Below are positions 28,947 to 39,262 of a DNA stretch of 50,709 nt, one piece after another. The stretch spans positions 1 to 50,709 of the forward strand of contig CAYYXU010000001.1 of assembly GCA_964475645.1 (NCBI GenBank), read 5' to 3'. Below the pieces are notes generated by a model. The model was given only the letters and a program-made list of their open reading frames with translations. It did no database searches and was not told the origin of the DNA. The stretch's first letter is position 1. Each line of letters begins with the position of its first letter. The stretch is from an uncultured bacterium. GTDB taxonomy: Bacteria; Fidelibacterota; Marinisomatia; Marinisomatales; TCS55. Made by a program: the position numbers and the translations under genes.

Positions 28947-31340
28947 ATGAAAAATAGAATATTATATCTCATTATTATGCAATGCAGCGCTATAGGTATT
29001 GCAGAAAAACTGGACAGTATTAATCCAAGTCAATTACGCTTCCGTGAAATTGTAGCTACACGTACTAGCGCGCCACCAATCATTGATGGTATTATTGATG
29101 ATGAAGTTTGGGAAAATGCAAAAATCGAAAATGAATTTGTGCAATTTGAGCCATATAATTTGTCAGTGCCGTCTGAAAAAACTGAAGTTCGTTTAATATA
29201 TGACAATGACCATGTGTATATCGCAGTAAATAATTATGATTCTGAACCAGAAAAAATAACAGGAATATTAAACCGGAGAGACCGCTGGATGGAAGCCTTC
29301 GACACTCATTCAGATTGGGTAGGCATTGCCTTTGATTCAAACAATGATGACCGTACCGGCTATTGGTTTGCTGTGAATCCAGCTGGATCAAGGATGGATG
29401 TATATGTTTCTGGTGAGGGTATGCAAGCATTCAATCCCAGCTGGGATGTAGTGTGGGAATATAAAACGGCCCGACATGACCAGGGATGGTCCGTAGAAAT
29501 GAAAATACCGTTTAGTGTATTTCAATTTGATACAAATAAAAATGAAGATTGGGGCTTTCAAATTTCCAGGTACATTCATCGTTTACAGGAAGAAGTGCAT
29601 TGGCCAGGCAGGGCAAAAGGTCTCAGTGGTTTTGTACCTTATTATGGTATACTAAAAGGAATAGATAATATCCCCTCACCAAAAAAGGTTGAAATATTAC
29701 CGTATGTATTAAGTGGGAATAATGATAAATCAAATGTCAGTTCCTTAGGGATAGATATGAAATATGGTTTGAGTGCAAAGTCATCTTTGAACCTGACAAT
29801 CAACCCGGATTTTGGTCAGGTAGAAGCTGACCCATCGGTATTGAACCTCACTGCATTTGAAACGAAATTTGAGGAAAAGCGTCCGTTTTTTATTGAGGGA
29901 GGCTCATTTTTCAAAAATCGATACCAATTATTTCACTCACGGCGGATTGGTGAAACACCAAACGCATTAACTCCCGATGAGGGCGAGGTTATTGATAGAC
30001 CAGATGCAACAACAATTCTAGGGGCTGGAAAAATTTTGGGTGAAACTGCTGGTGGAACTAAATATGGTATTATTGAAGCAGTAACTGATGAAGAATTCGG
30101 TGTGTGGGAATACGAAAGTGGCGATTCTACTATTCGGGAAAACATAATGCTTGAACCTATGACCAATTATTTTATTGGGCGGGTTGAGCAACCTGTATTT
30201 AATAATTTATCAACGATTGGTCTAATGGTGACTGATTTGCGCCGTAATGAGGCTGGGGATGCCAATGTTTTAGGACTTGACTGGAAACTAAAATTCATGG
30301 ACAATGCACTTACATTAAAGGGACAAATAGTGCATTCAACAAAGGACGGTAAATCTGGTAATGGCGCCCGTTTTAATATGGGTTATCTTGATCCAAAATG
30401 GTGGGATCTAAATGTTGTAGTTGGATTCACTGATGATCAATACGAGATCAATGATATGGGATTCAATGAACGGAATGATAAATGGTATTATGGTTCATAT
30501 GGAGGATTGCGAAAACAGGATCCCTGGGGCAGGTTTTTAGGCAATTTTTTAGAGTATAGATTCTTTATTAATGGCCGTCGAAAGGATAGGCTTACGCTTT
30601 CAAAATCCTTATCTATTGAACAAAGAAATGAATTAAAAAATTACTGGAGTTTTGGTGCGGAACTTAATATGCAATTCGCTGCCTATAATGATGAAGATAC
30701 ATTCCGGGATGAACGTGCTTGGGTATATCAATCTGAAACAGAAGGATATGGTATATTTTGGTTTCAAACAGATAAGCGTAAGAAATTAATTTTAAGGGTC
30801 GGTGGAGGCTATGGACGAGGAGAATATCGCCCGTGGGGTTATAGAGTTGGGGGAAAACTACGGTTTCAACCCTTAAATAATATTAACCTGATGATTGAAG
30901 GGTTCCAGGATTTGGGCACAAAGTCTATGGAATGGGTTGGTATTGAAGAAGATTCTATAGGCACAAATATTATCTATGCTGAATCAGCATCTTTAATGAA
31001 TGATATTCAGTTCAGATTCAATTGGACCTTCACGCCTGATTTGACTTTTGAAGCGTTCATTCAACCGTTTACCGTGGATATGAATTATAAAACTTTTCAT
31101 AAGCTATTGGCTGAGAAAACAAGAGATTTGGAACCATATCAATACAATGATAACCCAGATTTCAGAATAAATAATATTGTAGGTACGTTGGTATTGCGTT
31201 GGGAATACCGGCCGGGTAGTACACTATTTTTTGTTTATAATCTGCATACCAATAACTATTATTCAGCCAGCGATGACAGCTGGGATAAAGACACAGCAAA
31301 TTCCTTATTTATCAAATTCAACTATTGGTTGCAGATCTAA
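28947..31340 (+). CDS. CBM9/DOMON-like + DUF5916-like large secreted or outer-membrane protein
   Basis: Signal-like N-terminus. PPIIDGIIDDEVWENA is the usual opening of CBM family 9-like domains. The long aromatic/Gly-rich C-terminal region has alternating beta-strand character and ends ..FNYWLQI. Confidence 0.55.
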   Translation: MKNRILYLIIMQCSAIGIAEKLDSINPSQLRFREIVATRTSAPPIIDGIIDDEVWENAKIENEFVQFEPYNLSVPSEKTEVRLIYDNDHVYIAVNNYDSEPEKITGILNRRDRWMEAFDTHSDWVGIAFDSNNDDRTGYWFAVNPAGSRMDVYVSGEGMQAFNPSWDVVWEYKTARHDQGWSVEMKIPFSVFQFDTNKNEDWGFQISRYIHRLQEEVHWPGRAKGLSGFVPYYGILKGIDNIPSPKKVEILPYVLSGNNDKSNVSSLGIDMKYGLSAKSSLNLTINPDFGQVEADPSVLNLTAFETKFEEKRPFFIEGGSFFKNRYQLFHSRRIGETPNALTPDEGEVIDRPDATTILGAGKILGETAGGTKYGIIEAVTDEEFGVWEYESGDSTIRENIMLEPMTNYFIGRVEQPVFNNLSTIGLMVTDLRRNEAGDANVLGLDWKLKFMDNALTLKGQIVHSTKDGKSGNGARFNMGYLDPKWWDLNVVVGFTDDQYEINDMGFNERNDKWYYGSYGGLRKQDPWGRFLGNFLEYRFFINGRRKDRLTLSKSLSIEQRNELKNYWSFGAELNMQFAAYNDEDTFRDERAWVYQSETEGYGIFWFQTDKRKKLILRVGGGYGRGEYRPWGYRVGGKLRFQPLNNINLMIEGFQDLGTKSMEWVGIEEDSIGTNIIYAESASLMNDIQFRFNWTFTPDLTFEAFIQPFTVDMNYKTFHKLLAEKTRDLEPYQYNDNPDFRINNIVGTLVLRWEYRPGSTLFFVYNLHTNNYYSASDDSWDKDTANSLFIKFNYWLQI

Positions 31341-31351
31341 AAAGTATTTAT

Positions 31352-31786
31352 CTATTTCGACAGGTCCGACAATTGGATATTTAACTTTTCAGCGAGTGCA
31401 ATAATGCGCTCATCACGGTAAAATTCACCAAAATAAATTTTATTAATTCCAGCATTGGCAATCATTTTAAAACAGTCATAGCATGGAGACGCGGTTACAA
31501 ATATTTCGCTATTCTCGATTCTTGTTCCATGTCTGGCAGCTTGAACAATGGCATTAGCTTCAGCATGGATTGTGCGGACGCAATGATCATTTACCATTTC
31601 ATGGCCAGTATCATCGCAGTGGTCTGCGCCTTTGATACTGCCATTATAGCCAGTAGATAATATTGTCTTTCCCCTAACAATTACAGCACCAACTGCTTTG
31701 CGATCACATGTTGAACGGGTGGCAACCTCGCGAGCAATATTCATGAAATAATCAACCCAGCTTACGCGATTATTTTTATTAGACAT
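31352..31786 (-). CDS. Deoxycytidylate (dCMP) deaminase
   Basis: Zinc-binding motifs HAEANAI and PCYDCFKMI. N-terminal WVDYFM.IA..V..RSTC. Confidence 0.9.
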   Translation of the reverse strand: MSNKNNRVSWVDYFMNIAREVATRSTCDRKAVGAVIVRGKTILSTGYNGSIKGADHCDDTGHEMVNDHCVRTIHAEANAIVQAARHGTRIENSEIFVTASPCYDCFKMIANAGINKIYFGEFYRDERIIALAEKLNIQLSDLSK

Positions 31787-31804
31787 CTAAATGGTAAGAA
31801 CTAT

Positions 31805-32056
31805 TTACGCTTTATTGCGATTATATATTTTTATTGTAGCGCAGGGTTCACCGTAAAGGATATCATCGGCGACTTGTGCAAGTCTCGCGGTCAGTATCAA
31901 ATAGGCCCAAGTTGGAACTGGAACGGAAGAACAACCTTTAATCATCACTCGTTTTGCATTATAATCATCCCAATTGATCTCTGATACTTTTTTACGAAAT
32001 GATTTTTCCCTAATAATACCTTCATCCAAAAAATCATCGAGATAAATAGTTTCCAT
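31805..32056 (-). CDS. DUF2480-like small protein (single-domain, 83 aa)
   Basis: IIREKSFRKKVSEINWDDY..KRVMIKGCSSVPVPTWAYLILT.RL...A..ILYGEPC resembles my recalled DUF2480 proteins, which neighbour suf genes in Bacteroidota. This rests on memory only. Confidence 0.45.
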   Translation of the reverse strand: METIYLDDFLDEGIIREKSFRKKVSEINWDDYNAKRVMIKGCSSVPVPTWAYLILTARLAQVADDILYGEPCATIKIYNRNKA

Positions 32057-32066
32057 TATTACAAAG

Positions 32067-32327
32067 TTATTCCTTGATCAACTCAGTGGATATATAAGGA
32101 TCTTTGTTCCCCATAAAATAGTGATAGTCTAAAATGGAATAGCCTTCATTATTGCGCGTTGGGCAGGTACTGCAGCTTTTGGATCCGTCTTTTCGGTGAC
32201 GCAATATTTCTAATATTTTATTATCTGTTTCTGCAGCCCCAGGAACCAGTTCTTCATCTGTCTCTATATACCAGCGCATGGTAACCATGTATTTAAATGA
32301 TTTTTTTTCTTTTGCCTCAGCAGCCAT
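32067..32327 (-). CDS. Hypothetical 86-aa protein with a CSTC motif
   Basis: GGAG Shine-Dalgarno 7 nt upstream of the ATG. It lies directly downstream of sufS on the same strand. No family recognised. Confidence 0.5.
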   Translation of the reverse strand: MAAEAKEKKSFKYMVTMRWYIETDEELVPGAAETDNKILEILRHRKDGSKSCSTCPTRNNEGYSILDYHYFMGNKDPYISTELIKE

Positions 32328-32406
32328 AATGCACTCCTTAATTTATTTTGTAATAGTACCCATTAATGATGGTAAGGATTCTATTATTTTCTGAAGTTTA
32401 ATGAAT

Positions 32407-33621
32407 TTAGGCGAAAATTTTGGTTGTTTTTTCAATACTTTCGCAAAATATATCTATATCCTTCTCATTATTATATATATAGAAACTAGCACGATTAGTG
32501 GCAAATACACCCAATTTATCCATAATTGGCTGGGCGCAGAGCTGGCCAGCGCGTATGGCAATTCCATCCTGATCAAGGAATTGCGCCAAGTCCTGTGGAT
32601 GGACACCAGTTACTTCAAAACTGATTACAGGACCGCGGTCATGGTGATTGCCATGTATCTTAATTGAATCCATTATTGTGAGTTTCTTCATGGCATATTT
32701 AGTGAGATCTTGGCAATGATTTTGAATAACATCCAGACCAATCCCTTTTATATATTTAACCGCAGCGCCTAGCCCAATAGCTTGAGCGATATTCGGCGTG
32801 CCCGCCTCAAATTTATAGGGTATATCGTTCCATGTTGATTGTTCCATTGTTACCGACCTGATCATTTCACCGCCTCCTTGAAAGGGTTGCATCTTTTCAA
32901 GTAACTCTGGTTTGCCGTATAATATGCCGATGCCGGTTGGTCCAAGCATTTTATGGCCTGAAAAAGCGTAGAAATCACAGTCGATGTCTTTTATATCAGT
33001 GCGCCCATGGGGGACCCATTGGGCGCCATCAACAAGTGTTACGGCCCCAACATCGTGAGCCATGCGTACAATATCTTTCACTGGATTAATGGTACCTAAA
33101 ACATTTGATTGGTGTATAACAGCTACAAATTTTGTTTTTGTTGTGAAATATTTATCCGGATCTTCAAGATCAAGAGAACCATCTTCATTGAAAGGTATAT
33201 ATTTTAAGCTTGCGCCTGTTGCTTGAGCAACAAGCTGCCAGGGCACAAGATTACTATGGTGTTCCATTTCAGTGACAAGTATTTCATCTTTAGATGTTAG
33301 ATTATTTCTTGCCCAGGCATAGGCGGTGAGGTTTATTGATTCTGTTGTTCCGCCAGTGAAAATAATGGATGTGTTGTCTGCGCCAATAAAATCGGCGATG
33401 GTTTGTCGGGCATCTTCATAAGCGGTAGTAGCTTTTTCCCCGAAACTGTATACTGCCCGATGAACATTGGCATTGAACTCGGTATAGTATTTATTTACTG
33501 CGTCTAGTACTGCTTGGGGCCGCTGCGTAGTCGCAGCATTGTCAAGGTAAACTAGCGGTACTTCTGAATTAGTATAAATCGGGAAATCTTCCCGAATTTG
33601 GTTGGGGTCAAAATTTTCCAA
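32407..33621 (-). CDS. sufS: Cysteine desulfurase, SufS type (class V aminotransferase)
   Basis: YLDNAATTQ, FSGHKMLGPTGIGILYG (PLP Lys) and RAGQLCAQP (active-site Cys loop). Confidence 0.93.
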   Translation of the reverse strand: MENFDPNQIREDFPIYTNSEVPLVYLDNAATTQRPQAVLDAVNKYYTEFNANVHRAVYSFGEKATTAYEDARQTIADFIGADNTSIIFTGGTTESINLTAYAWARNNLTSKDEILVTEMEHHSNLVPWQLVAQATGASLKYIPFNEDGSLDLEDPDKYFTTKTKFVAVIHQSNVLGTINPVKDIVRMAHDVGAVTLVDGAQWVPHGRTDIKDIDCDFYAFSGHKMLGPTGIGILYGKPELLEKMQPFQGGGEMIRSVTMEQSTWNDIPYKFEAGTPNIAQAIGLGAAVKYIKGIGLDVIQNHCQDLTKYAMKKLTIMDSIKIHGNHHDRGPVISFEVTGVHPQDLAQFLDQDGIAIRAGQLCAQPIMDKLGVFATNRASFYIYNNEKDIDIFCESIEKTTKIFA

Positions 33622-33628
33622 GGAAACC

Positions 33629-34189
33629 CTATAGTAGACCCATCTGCAGTCTTGCTGCTTCTGAAATCATAGACTGATCCCACGGCGGATCCCATACAAG
33701 TTCCAGTTTAACATCTCCCACACCTGGGACACCGTTCACCTTTTGTTTAACTTCGTCGGCGATTACCGGCCCCATCCCACATCCAGGCGCAGTAAGCGTC
33801 ATTTTGATTTCTACCAGCGTGCTATCGTTATCCATTGGATTGAATTCACAAGAATAGATTAAACCCAAATCAACTATATTAACGGGTATTTCAGGGTCAT
33901 AGCATGTTTTCATTACATCCCATACCGCCTGTTCATTTATATCTCCATTATCTTTTTCATTTGCTTTATCAGTACTATCCAGTACTTCTTTCCCTATAGC
34001 GTCAGCATCTTTACCATCGATACGGAATAAATTACCACCGATCATGACAGTATAACTTCCACCCAGCGCCTGCGTAATTTGCCCTACCTCATCTTTTTTT
34101 AATGTGGTTTTTGAACCAAAGGGTATTGTTATAACTTCGACATCACGCGTTAGAGTTACCTGTTCATCAATATGTGTGGGATTGATCAT
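33629..34189 (-). CDS. sufT: SufT-like Fe-S assembly protein (long DUF59)
   Basis: C-terminal DUF59 core CYDPEIPVNIVDLGLIY ... LTAPGCGMGP. The ~90-aa N-terminal extension is typical of SufT. Confidence 0.75.
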   Translation of the reverse strand: MINPTHIDEQVTLTRDVEVITIPFGSKTTLKKDEVGQITQALGGSYTVMIGGNLFRIDGKDADAIGKEVLDSTDKANEKDNGDINEQAVWDVMKTCYDPEIPVNIVDLGLIYSCEFNPMDNDSTLVEIKMTLTAPGCGMGPVIADEVKQKVNGVPGVGDVKLELVWDPPWDQSMISEAARLQMGLL

Positions 34190-34191
34190 GA

Positions 34192-34605
34192 TTACGCTAC
34201 CAGCTCATGTTGAATCTTATTGATCGCCGCACCAAAACCATTTGTTCTCTGGTTACTAATTGTTCCCTCAAGACCAATATGATCTAATATATTCTGACCA
34301 TCGATTGATACTATATCTTCTTTTCGCTGCCCATTAAATAATCTTTGCAGAATAAATAACAAGCCTTTAACGATCATCGCATCAGAGTCTGTTTGAAAGT
34401 TATAAGTATCATCGGTTTGTTTATCAGCAATGATCCAGGCTTGTGAAATACAGCCATTAACTTTGTTGTTATCAGTCTGCTTTTCAGGAGGTATTCCTGA
34501 AGATTTTTTGGCCAGATCAATTAAAAGTACGTATTTTTCTTGTGGTTCATTGAAGATGGAGAACTCATCTTTTATTAGGGTCATCGTATCCTGGATCGTA
34601 GTCAT
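34192..34605 (-). CDS. sufE: Sulfur acceptor SufE
   Basis: NKVNGCISQAWI is the active-Cys loop. I prefer the start at MTTIQD (ATG 34605..34603), which forms an ATGA overlap with the sufD stop. The track start at 34632 would overlap sufD by 31 nt. Confidence 0.85.
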   Translation of the reverse strand: MTTIQDTMTLIKDEFSIFNEPQEKYVLLIDLAKKSSGIPPEKQTDNNKVNGCISQAWIIADKQTDDTYNFQTDSDAMIVKGLLFILQRLFNGQRKEDIVSIDGQNILDHIGLEGTISNQRTNGFGAAINKIQHELVA

Positions 34606-35879
34606 AGCGTCACACCAATATGCTCGAGCCAAGTAGTCAGTTTTTCATCGATATAAGTGTCAATATTTGTATTGGTTATGGTTTCCATAACTTCTTTAGC
34701 AAACCCGCTGATTAGTAATAATTGTGCCGTTCGTACATCAATACCACGGGAACGTAAATAGAATATTGCATTCTCGTCCAATTGACCAGTTGTGGACCCA
34801 TGGGAACACTTTACATCATCTGCATAGATCTCTAACTGCGGATTAGAGTGGGCCATAGCCTTATCGGTTAGCAGCAGATTTCTTGTAGTCTGCTGCGCGT
34901 CTGTTTTTTGCGCACCTTCACTTACAATTACACGTCCGTTAAACACACCTGCTGAAGTATCAGATAAAATATATTTAAATAATTGGTTACTGTTGCAGTT
35001 TTCTTTCAGGTGATTGATAATGATGTGCTGATCAAGGTGTTGATGATCTTTCGCGATACAGAGACCATTAACCATAGATGATGCACCACTGCTGGCCAGA
35101 TTTACTTGAATATTCTGACGGTATAGCGAACTTCCGGAAGCAAAATGAAAAGCATTTAATTGGGCATCTTTTCCAAGTGAATAGACCGTATCAGCAATAT
35201 GGCTACCATTGTGGTCTTCCTCTTGTATACGAGTGTGATTTAATATAGCATTATTAGATAATTTTATATTGGTAACAACATTTTGCCAGTATTGAACATT
35301 GGTTGCTCCGGCGTAGTGTTCGATAATAGTAGTTTCAGAATCAGTACCCGCAACTATTAGAAAAAGAGGATGATTCATAATGGGCTCAGTTAAACCGGTA
35401 GTGTAATAAAGAATATGTATTGGATCATCAATGACAGTATTATTTCCAACAATTATGGCTAATCCTGAGTTCATCAGCGCTGTATTTAAATTGTGAAATG
35501 GGTTTGAATTATCAACCACAGTATTATTAAATATTTCTGGATTGGTCGCATATGCATGCTGCAATGTTTGCACAGTTACTTTGTCTGGTAGTACAGACAA
35601 ATTTTCTTGAAATTTCCCATTGATAATAAGTATCCGATTGCAATTAGTTATGGCTGGTAGTGTTTCTGGAATCGGCGGTAGATCTACAGGTGAAGCCAAA
35701 CGGTAGGATGTTTTTTCGAGTGCCGAAAAATCCGTGAATTGCCAGCCTTCCCATTTTTTATTTGGTAAACCGACCTCTTTATATTTTTTATAAGCACTAC
35801 TGCGCAAAGTGCGCAGGGTATCTGGCTCTTCGTCCCAAAATTGGATCAATTGGTTTAAATCTTTTTCAAGAAATTGCAT
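34602..35879 (-). CDS. sufD: Fe-S cluster assembly protein SufD
   Basis: Position between sufC and sufE, plus the C-terminal SufBD beta-helix strings QLEIYADDVKCSHGSTTGQLDE..IFYLRSRGI. Confidence 0.9.
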   Translation of the reverse strand: MQFLEKDLNQLIQFWDEEPDTLRTLRSSAYKKYKEVGLPNKKWEGWQFTDFSALEKTSYRLASPVDLPPIPETLPAITNCNRILIINGKFQENLSVLPDKVTVQTLQHAYATNPEIFNNTVVDNSNPFHNLNTALMNSGLAIIVGNNTVIDDPIHILYYTTGLTEPIMNHPLFLIVAGTDSETTIIEHYAGATNVQYWQNVVTNIKLSNNAILNHTRIQEEDHNGSHIADTVYSLGKDAQLNAFHFASGSSLYRQNIQVNLASSGASSMVNGLCIAKDHQHLDQHIIINHLKENCNSNQLFKYILSDTSAGVFNGRVIVSEGAQKTDAQQTTRNLLLTDKAMAHSNPQLEIYADDVKCSHGSTTGQLDENAIFYLRSRGIDVRTAQLLLISGFAKEVMETITNTNIDTYIDEKLTTWLEHIGVTL

Positions 35880-35880
35880 T

Positions 35881-36624
35881 TTAATTATCCAACCAGCTGT
35901 AGCCCTTTTCCTCTAATTGTTCAGCGAGATTTTCACCGCCAGATTTAGCGATTTTTCCATTGATCAGTACGTGTACATAATCCGCTTCCAGGTATTTTAA
36001 AATTCTTTGGTAATGGGTGATGATAACAATGGCACGATCATCCCGGCGGTAATTATTAACGCCCTCGGCCACAATTTTAAGAGCATCTATATCTAATCCG
36101 GAATCAGTTTCATCCAGGATGGCAAGCGCTGGCTCAAGGGTGAGCATCTGCAGTATTTCATTCCGCTTCTTTTCGCCGCCGGAAAATCCATCATTCACGG
36201 CCCGATGCAAATATTTCTCATCCATTTCGACTGCTGCCAATTTTTTTCTGATCAACTTTAGGAATTCCACAGCGTCTAATTCTGTCTTGCCTTGATGTTT
36301 TCTTATAGCATTCAATGCTGCCTTGAGAAAATAGGTATTGTTAACTCCGGGAATGATTACGGGATATTGAAATGACATAAAAATGCCGGCTAAGGCTCTT
36401 TCTTCGGGGCTCTGGTTGAGAATACTGGAACTATTAAAAAATATATCACCACTGGTAATCTGATAGGATTCCCGTCCGGCGATGACATTGGCCAATGTAC
36501 TTTTACCAGAACCATTGCGGCCCATTATAGCATGTAATTCGCCCGGATGTACCGTCAGGTTTATGCCCTTGAGAATTTCCTTATCTCCGTCGACTTTTAC
36601 GTGTAAATCTTTGATTTCTAGCAT
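35881..36624 (-). CDS. sufC: Fe-S cluster assembly ATPase SufC
   Basis: Walker A GRNGSGKST, ABC signature FSGGEKKR and Walker B LAILDETDSGLD. Confidence 0.95.
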   Translation of the reverse strand: MLEIKDLHVKVDGDKEILKGINLTVHPGELHAIMGRNGSGKSTLANVIAGRESYQITSGDIFFNSSSILNQSPEERALAGIFMSFQYPVIIPGVNNTYFLKAALNAIRKHQGKTELDAVEFLKLIRKKLAAVEMDEKYLHRAVNDGFSGGEKKRNEILQMLTLEPALAILDETDSGLDIDALKIVAEGVNNYRRDDRAIVIITHYQRILKYLEADYVHVLINGKIAKSGGENLAEQLEEKGYSWLDN

Positions 36625-36637
36625 AATCTACCCTGGA

Positions 36638-38089
36638 TCAACCAACGCTTCCTTCAAGAGTTACTTCCATTAGTTTTTGCGCCTCTACTGCAAATTCCAT
36701 GGGTAATTCCCTAAATACTTCCTTGCAGAAACCATTCACAATCAAGGACACTGCATCCTCCGTAGAGATTCCCCGCTGGTTACAATAAAATAATTGATCC
36801 TCTCCAATAGTGGAAGTAGATGCTTCATGTTCCATTTTTGCGCTGGGATTGCGCACGTCGATATAAGGAAAAGTATGAGCACCGCATTGATCACCGATCA
36901 ATATTGAATCACACTGGGAATAATTTCTGGCATGCTCAGCATTTTTCATGATTTTTACCTGGCCACGATAGGTGTTTTGCCCCTTACCGGCAGAAATACC
37001 TTTGGAAATAATTGTACTACGGGTATTCTTGCCAGAATGAATCATTTTAGTACCCGTATCCGCTTGCTGAAAATTGTTGGCAACCGCTACAGAATAAAAT
37101 TCGCCGACTGAGTCATCGCCTTTCAAAATACAACTAGGATATTTCCAAGTGATAGCTGATCCAGTCTCTACCTGTGTCCATGAAATTTTTGAATTGGATC
37201 CTGCGCAAATACCGCGCTTGGTCACAAAGTTATAAACACCACCCTTACCGGTTTCTGGGTTACCGGGGTACCAGTTCTGAACTGTGGAATATTTAATCTC
37301 TGCATCTTTATGAGCTACCAATTCAACTACCGCAGCATGGAGTTGGTTTTCGTCACGCATGGGAGCGGTACAGCCTTCGAGATAACTCACGTGACTACCT
37401 TCATCTGCTATGATCAAGGTACGCTCAAACTGGCCCGTATTCATGGCATTGATGCGAAAATAGGTGGATAATTCCATGGGACAGCGCACCCCTTTGGGTA
37501 TGTAAACAAAACTCCCGTCACTGAATACTGCAGAGTTAAGCGCCGCAAAGTAATTGTCAGTGTATGGGACAACCGAACCTAAATATTTCTTTACCAGATC
37601 TGGGTGATCCTGAACAGCTTCTGAAAAGGAAGAAAATATAACTCCTGCTTTTTCCAGGTCTTCTTTGAAGGTGGTAGCAACAGAAACACTGTCAAAAACA
37701 GCATCTACCGCCACTCCGGCCAGCATTTTTTGTTCTTCCAGAGGAATACCTAGTTTTTCATAAGTTTTAACTAGTTCTGGGTCCACTTCATCAAGACTTT
37801 TTGGACCTTCAGATTTATCTTTTGGGGCGGAATAGTAGCTGATTTTTTGATAATCAATCTTAGGATAATCAACCTTGGCCCAATCGGGCTCATTCATGTT
37901 CAGCCAATGGTTATAAGATTTTAAGCGCCAGCTAATCAACCAATCCGGCTCATTTTTTTTATTGGAAATCAAGCGGATAACATCTTCATTCAATCCTGGG
38001 GGAATCGTGTCCTGTTCTATATCGGTTACGAAACCATATTGGTAGTCTTGAGAAGTAACCTTCTCAATGGTTTTGTTTTGGGTTTTCAA
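36638..38089 (-). CDS. sufB: Fe-S cluster assembly scaffold SufB
   Basis: [22 protein letters not shown] and [22 protein letters not shown]. Confidence 0.95.
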   Translation of the reverse strand: MKTQNKTIEKVTSQDYQYGFVTDIEQDTIPPGLNEDVIRLISNKKNEPDWLISWRLKSYNHWLNMNEPDWAKVDYPKIDYQKISYYSAPKDKSEGPKSLDEVDPELVKTYEKLGIPLEEQKMLAGVAVDAVFDSVSVATTFKEDLEKAGVIFSSFSEAVQDHPDLVKKYLGSVVPYTDNYFAALNSAVFSDGSFVYIPKGVRCPMELSTYFRINAMNTGQFERTLIIADEGSHVSYLEGCTAPMRDENQLHAAVVELVAHKDAEIKYSTVQNWYPGNPETGKGGVYNFVTKRGICAGSNSKISWTQVETGSAITWKYPSCILKGDDSVGEFYSVAVANNFQQADTGTKMIHSGKNTRSTIISKGISAGKGQNTYRGQVKIMKNAEHARNYSQCDSILIGDQCGAHTFPYIDVRNPSAKMEHEASTSTIGEDQLFYCNQRGISTEDAVSLIVNGFCKEVFRELPMEFAVEAQKLMEVTLEGSVG

Positions 38090-38098
38090 TGGGTTTTC

Positions 38099-38464
38099 CT
38101 AGACCGAAAAACTCGTTCCACAACCACAGGAACGGTTTGCATTTGGATTATGTATCTTAAAACCACCATTGAGCATATCATCTGAAAAATCGACTTCTAT
38201 TCCGCGGACATAGAGCCAACTGTTTATATCACAAAAGATTGTTAAACCACTACTCTCAAACACTTTATCCTGTTCACCGCGTTTTTCATCAAAGGTCATT
38301 TTATAGCTCATGCCTGAACAGCCACCCTGTTCTACGGACATACGTAAACCCCAGTTCTCTTTATCCTCAATTTTCATGGCTTTCTTGATCCGTTCAGAGG
38401 CCCGTGGGGTTACAGAAATAGCTGCTGTAGTGAATTCCTTTAATTCTTTTTCTTTAGTGCTCAT
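38099..38464 (-). CDS. sufA: A-type Fe-S carrier (HesB/IscA/SufA family)
   Basis: GGCSGMSY and C-terminal CGCGTSF. Confidence 0.88.
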   Translation of the reverse strand: MSTKEKELKEFTTAAISVTPRASERIKKAMKIEDKENWGLRMSVEQGGCSGMSYKMTFDEKRGEQDKVFESSGLTIFCDINSWLYVRGIEVDFSDDMLNGGFKIHNPNANRSCGCGTSFSV

Positions 38465-38467
38465 GGT

Positions 38468-38833
38468 TTACTCCCATTCAGGTGATTCTGTATTTTCCAA
38501 GGGCGCCGGTGTTGGGTAAAACCCCAGTTTTTCCTTTGCTACATCGGTCATCATCTCTGGTTTCCAGGGCGGATCAAACGTAACGTTAACGGTGGTCAGA
38601 TTTACTCCATTTAGCGCTTCGACTTTTTGTTTAATATCCTGGGCCATTTGATCGGCCATGCCGCACCCCGGGGTAGTGAGTGACATAGTGATGACAACAT
38701 CTACTGGTCCGGCGGTTTCTTTATTGTAGGCAATATTATAGATCAGTCCCAAGTTCCATAAATCTACCGGAATCTCCGGATCAAAACACTGTTTCAGTAC
38801 AGCTATAATATCTGCTTTTTTTAGTTCTGCCAT
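38468..38833 (-). CDS. DUF59 (MIP18/PaaD-like) Fe-S assembly-associated protein
   Basis: CFDPEIPVDLWNLGLIY ... LTTPGCGMADQ. Confidence 0.8.
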   Translation of the reverse strand: MAELKKADIIAVLKQCFDPEIPVDLWNLGLIYNIAYNKETAGPVDVVITMSLTTPGCGMADQMAQDIKQKVEALNGVNLTTVNVTFDPPWKPEMMTDVAKEKLGFYPTPAPLENTESPEWE

Positions 38834-38841
38834 TGGTACTC

Positions 38842-39240
38842 CTAGCTGGTTACATCCTGCACCGTCATACCGCGAAACATATTTATCATATTGGCATTGA
38901 TGCGCTGGATGGGTGTGCGAATATTGCAGTGGTCAATCTGCATACAGTTTAAATCATAAAAACAATCACTGAGGCCTAGCGGACCTTCCACTCTTTCAAA
39001 GAATTCAACGAGATTAATATCATCAAGGTGGGCCTTAAGCCGATAGCCACCACGAGGCCCGTTAATTGGTTCAATAATATTTTCTTTCGCCAGATGCTGT
39101 AATGTTTTGGCTAGAATCTCCAGCGGTATATTATACTTAGTTGCAATTTCTTTGGTAGAAGATACCAATTCAGGCGATTTACCCTGCATGTACCGCAATG
39201 CAATAAGCGCATATTCAACTTTTCTTGTTAGTTTCAGCAT
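38842..39240 (-). CDS. Rrf2 family transcriptional regulator, IscR-like
   Basis: Rrf2 wHTH opening MLKLTRKVEYALIALRYM. Cys-x5-Cys-x5-Cys (CFYDLNCMQIDHC) has the spacing of the IscR cluster ligands. Confidence 0.85.
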   Translation of the reverse strand: MLKLTRKVEYALIALRYMQGKSPELVSSTKEIATKYNIPLEILAKTLQHLAKENIIEPINGPRGGYRLKAHLDDINLVEFFERVEGPLGLSDCFYDLNCMQIDHCNIRTPIQRINANMINMFRGMTVQDVTS

Positions 39241-39262
39241 TTTTATATCCGATAACTATTGT

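Noticed and set aside
31805-32327. The two small ORFs after sufS as one DUF2480 gene split by a Sec codon or frameshift
   Set aside because: The upstream ORF ends in TAA (32069..32067), not TGA. The two ORFs are in different frames (start offset of 271 nt). The 86-aa sequence does not resemble the DUF2480 N-terminal half as I recall it, and it has its own GGAG Shine-Dalgarno.
34606-34632. The ORF-track start for sufE (MARAYWCDA...) and the TTG start at 4933 for the CysQ-like gene
   Set aside because: The internal ATGs (34605 and 4939) give canonical N-termini and, for sufE, a classic ATGA coupling with sufD. The longer versions add non-conserved residues that overlap the upstream gene.
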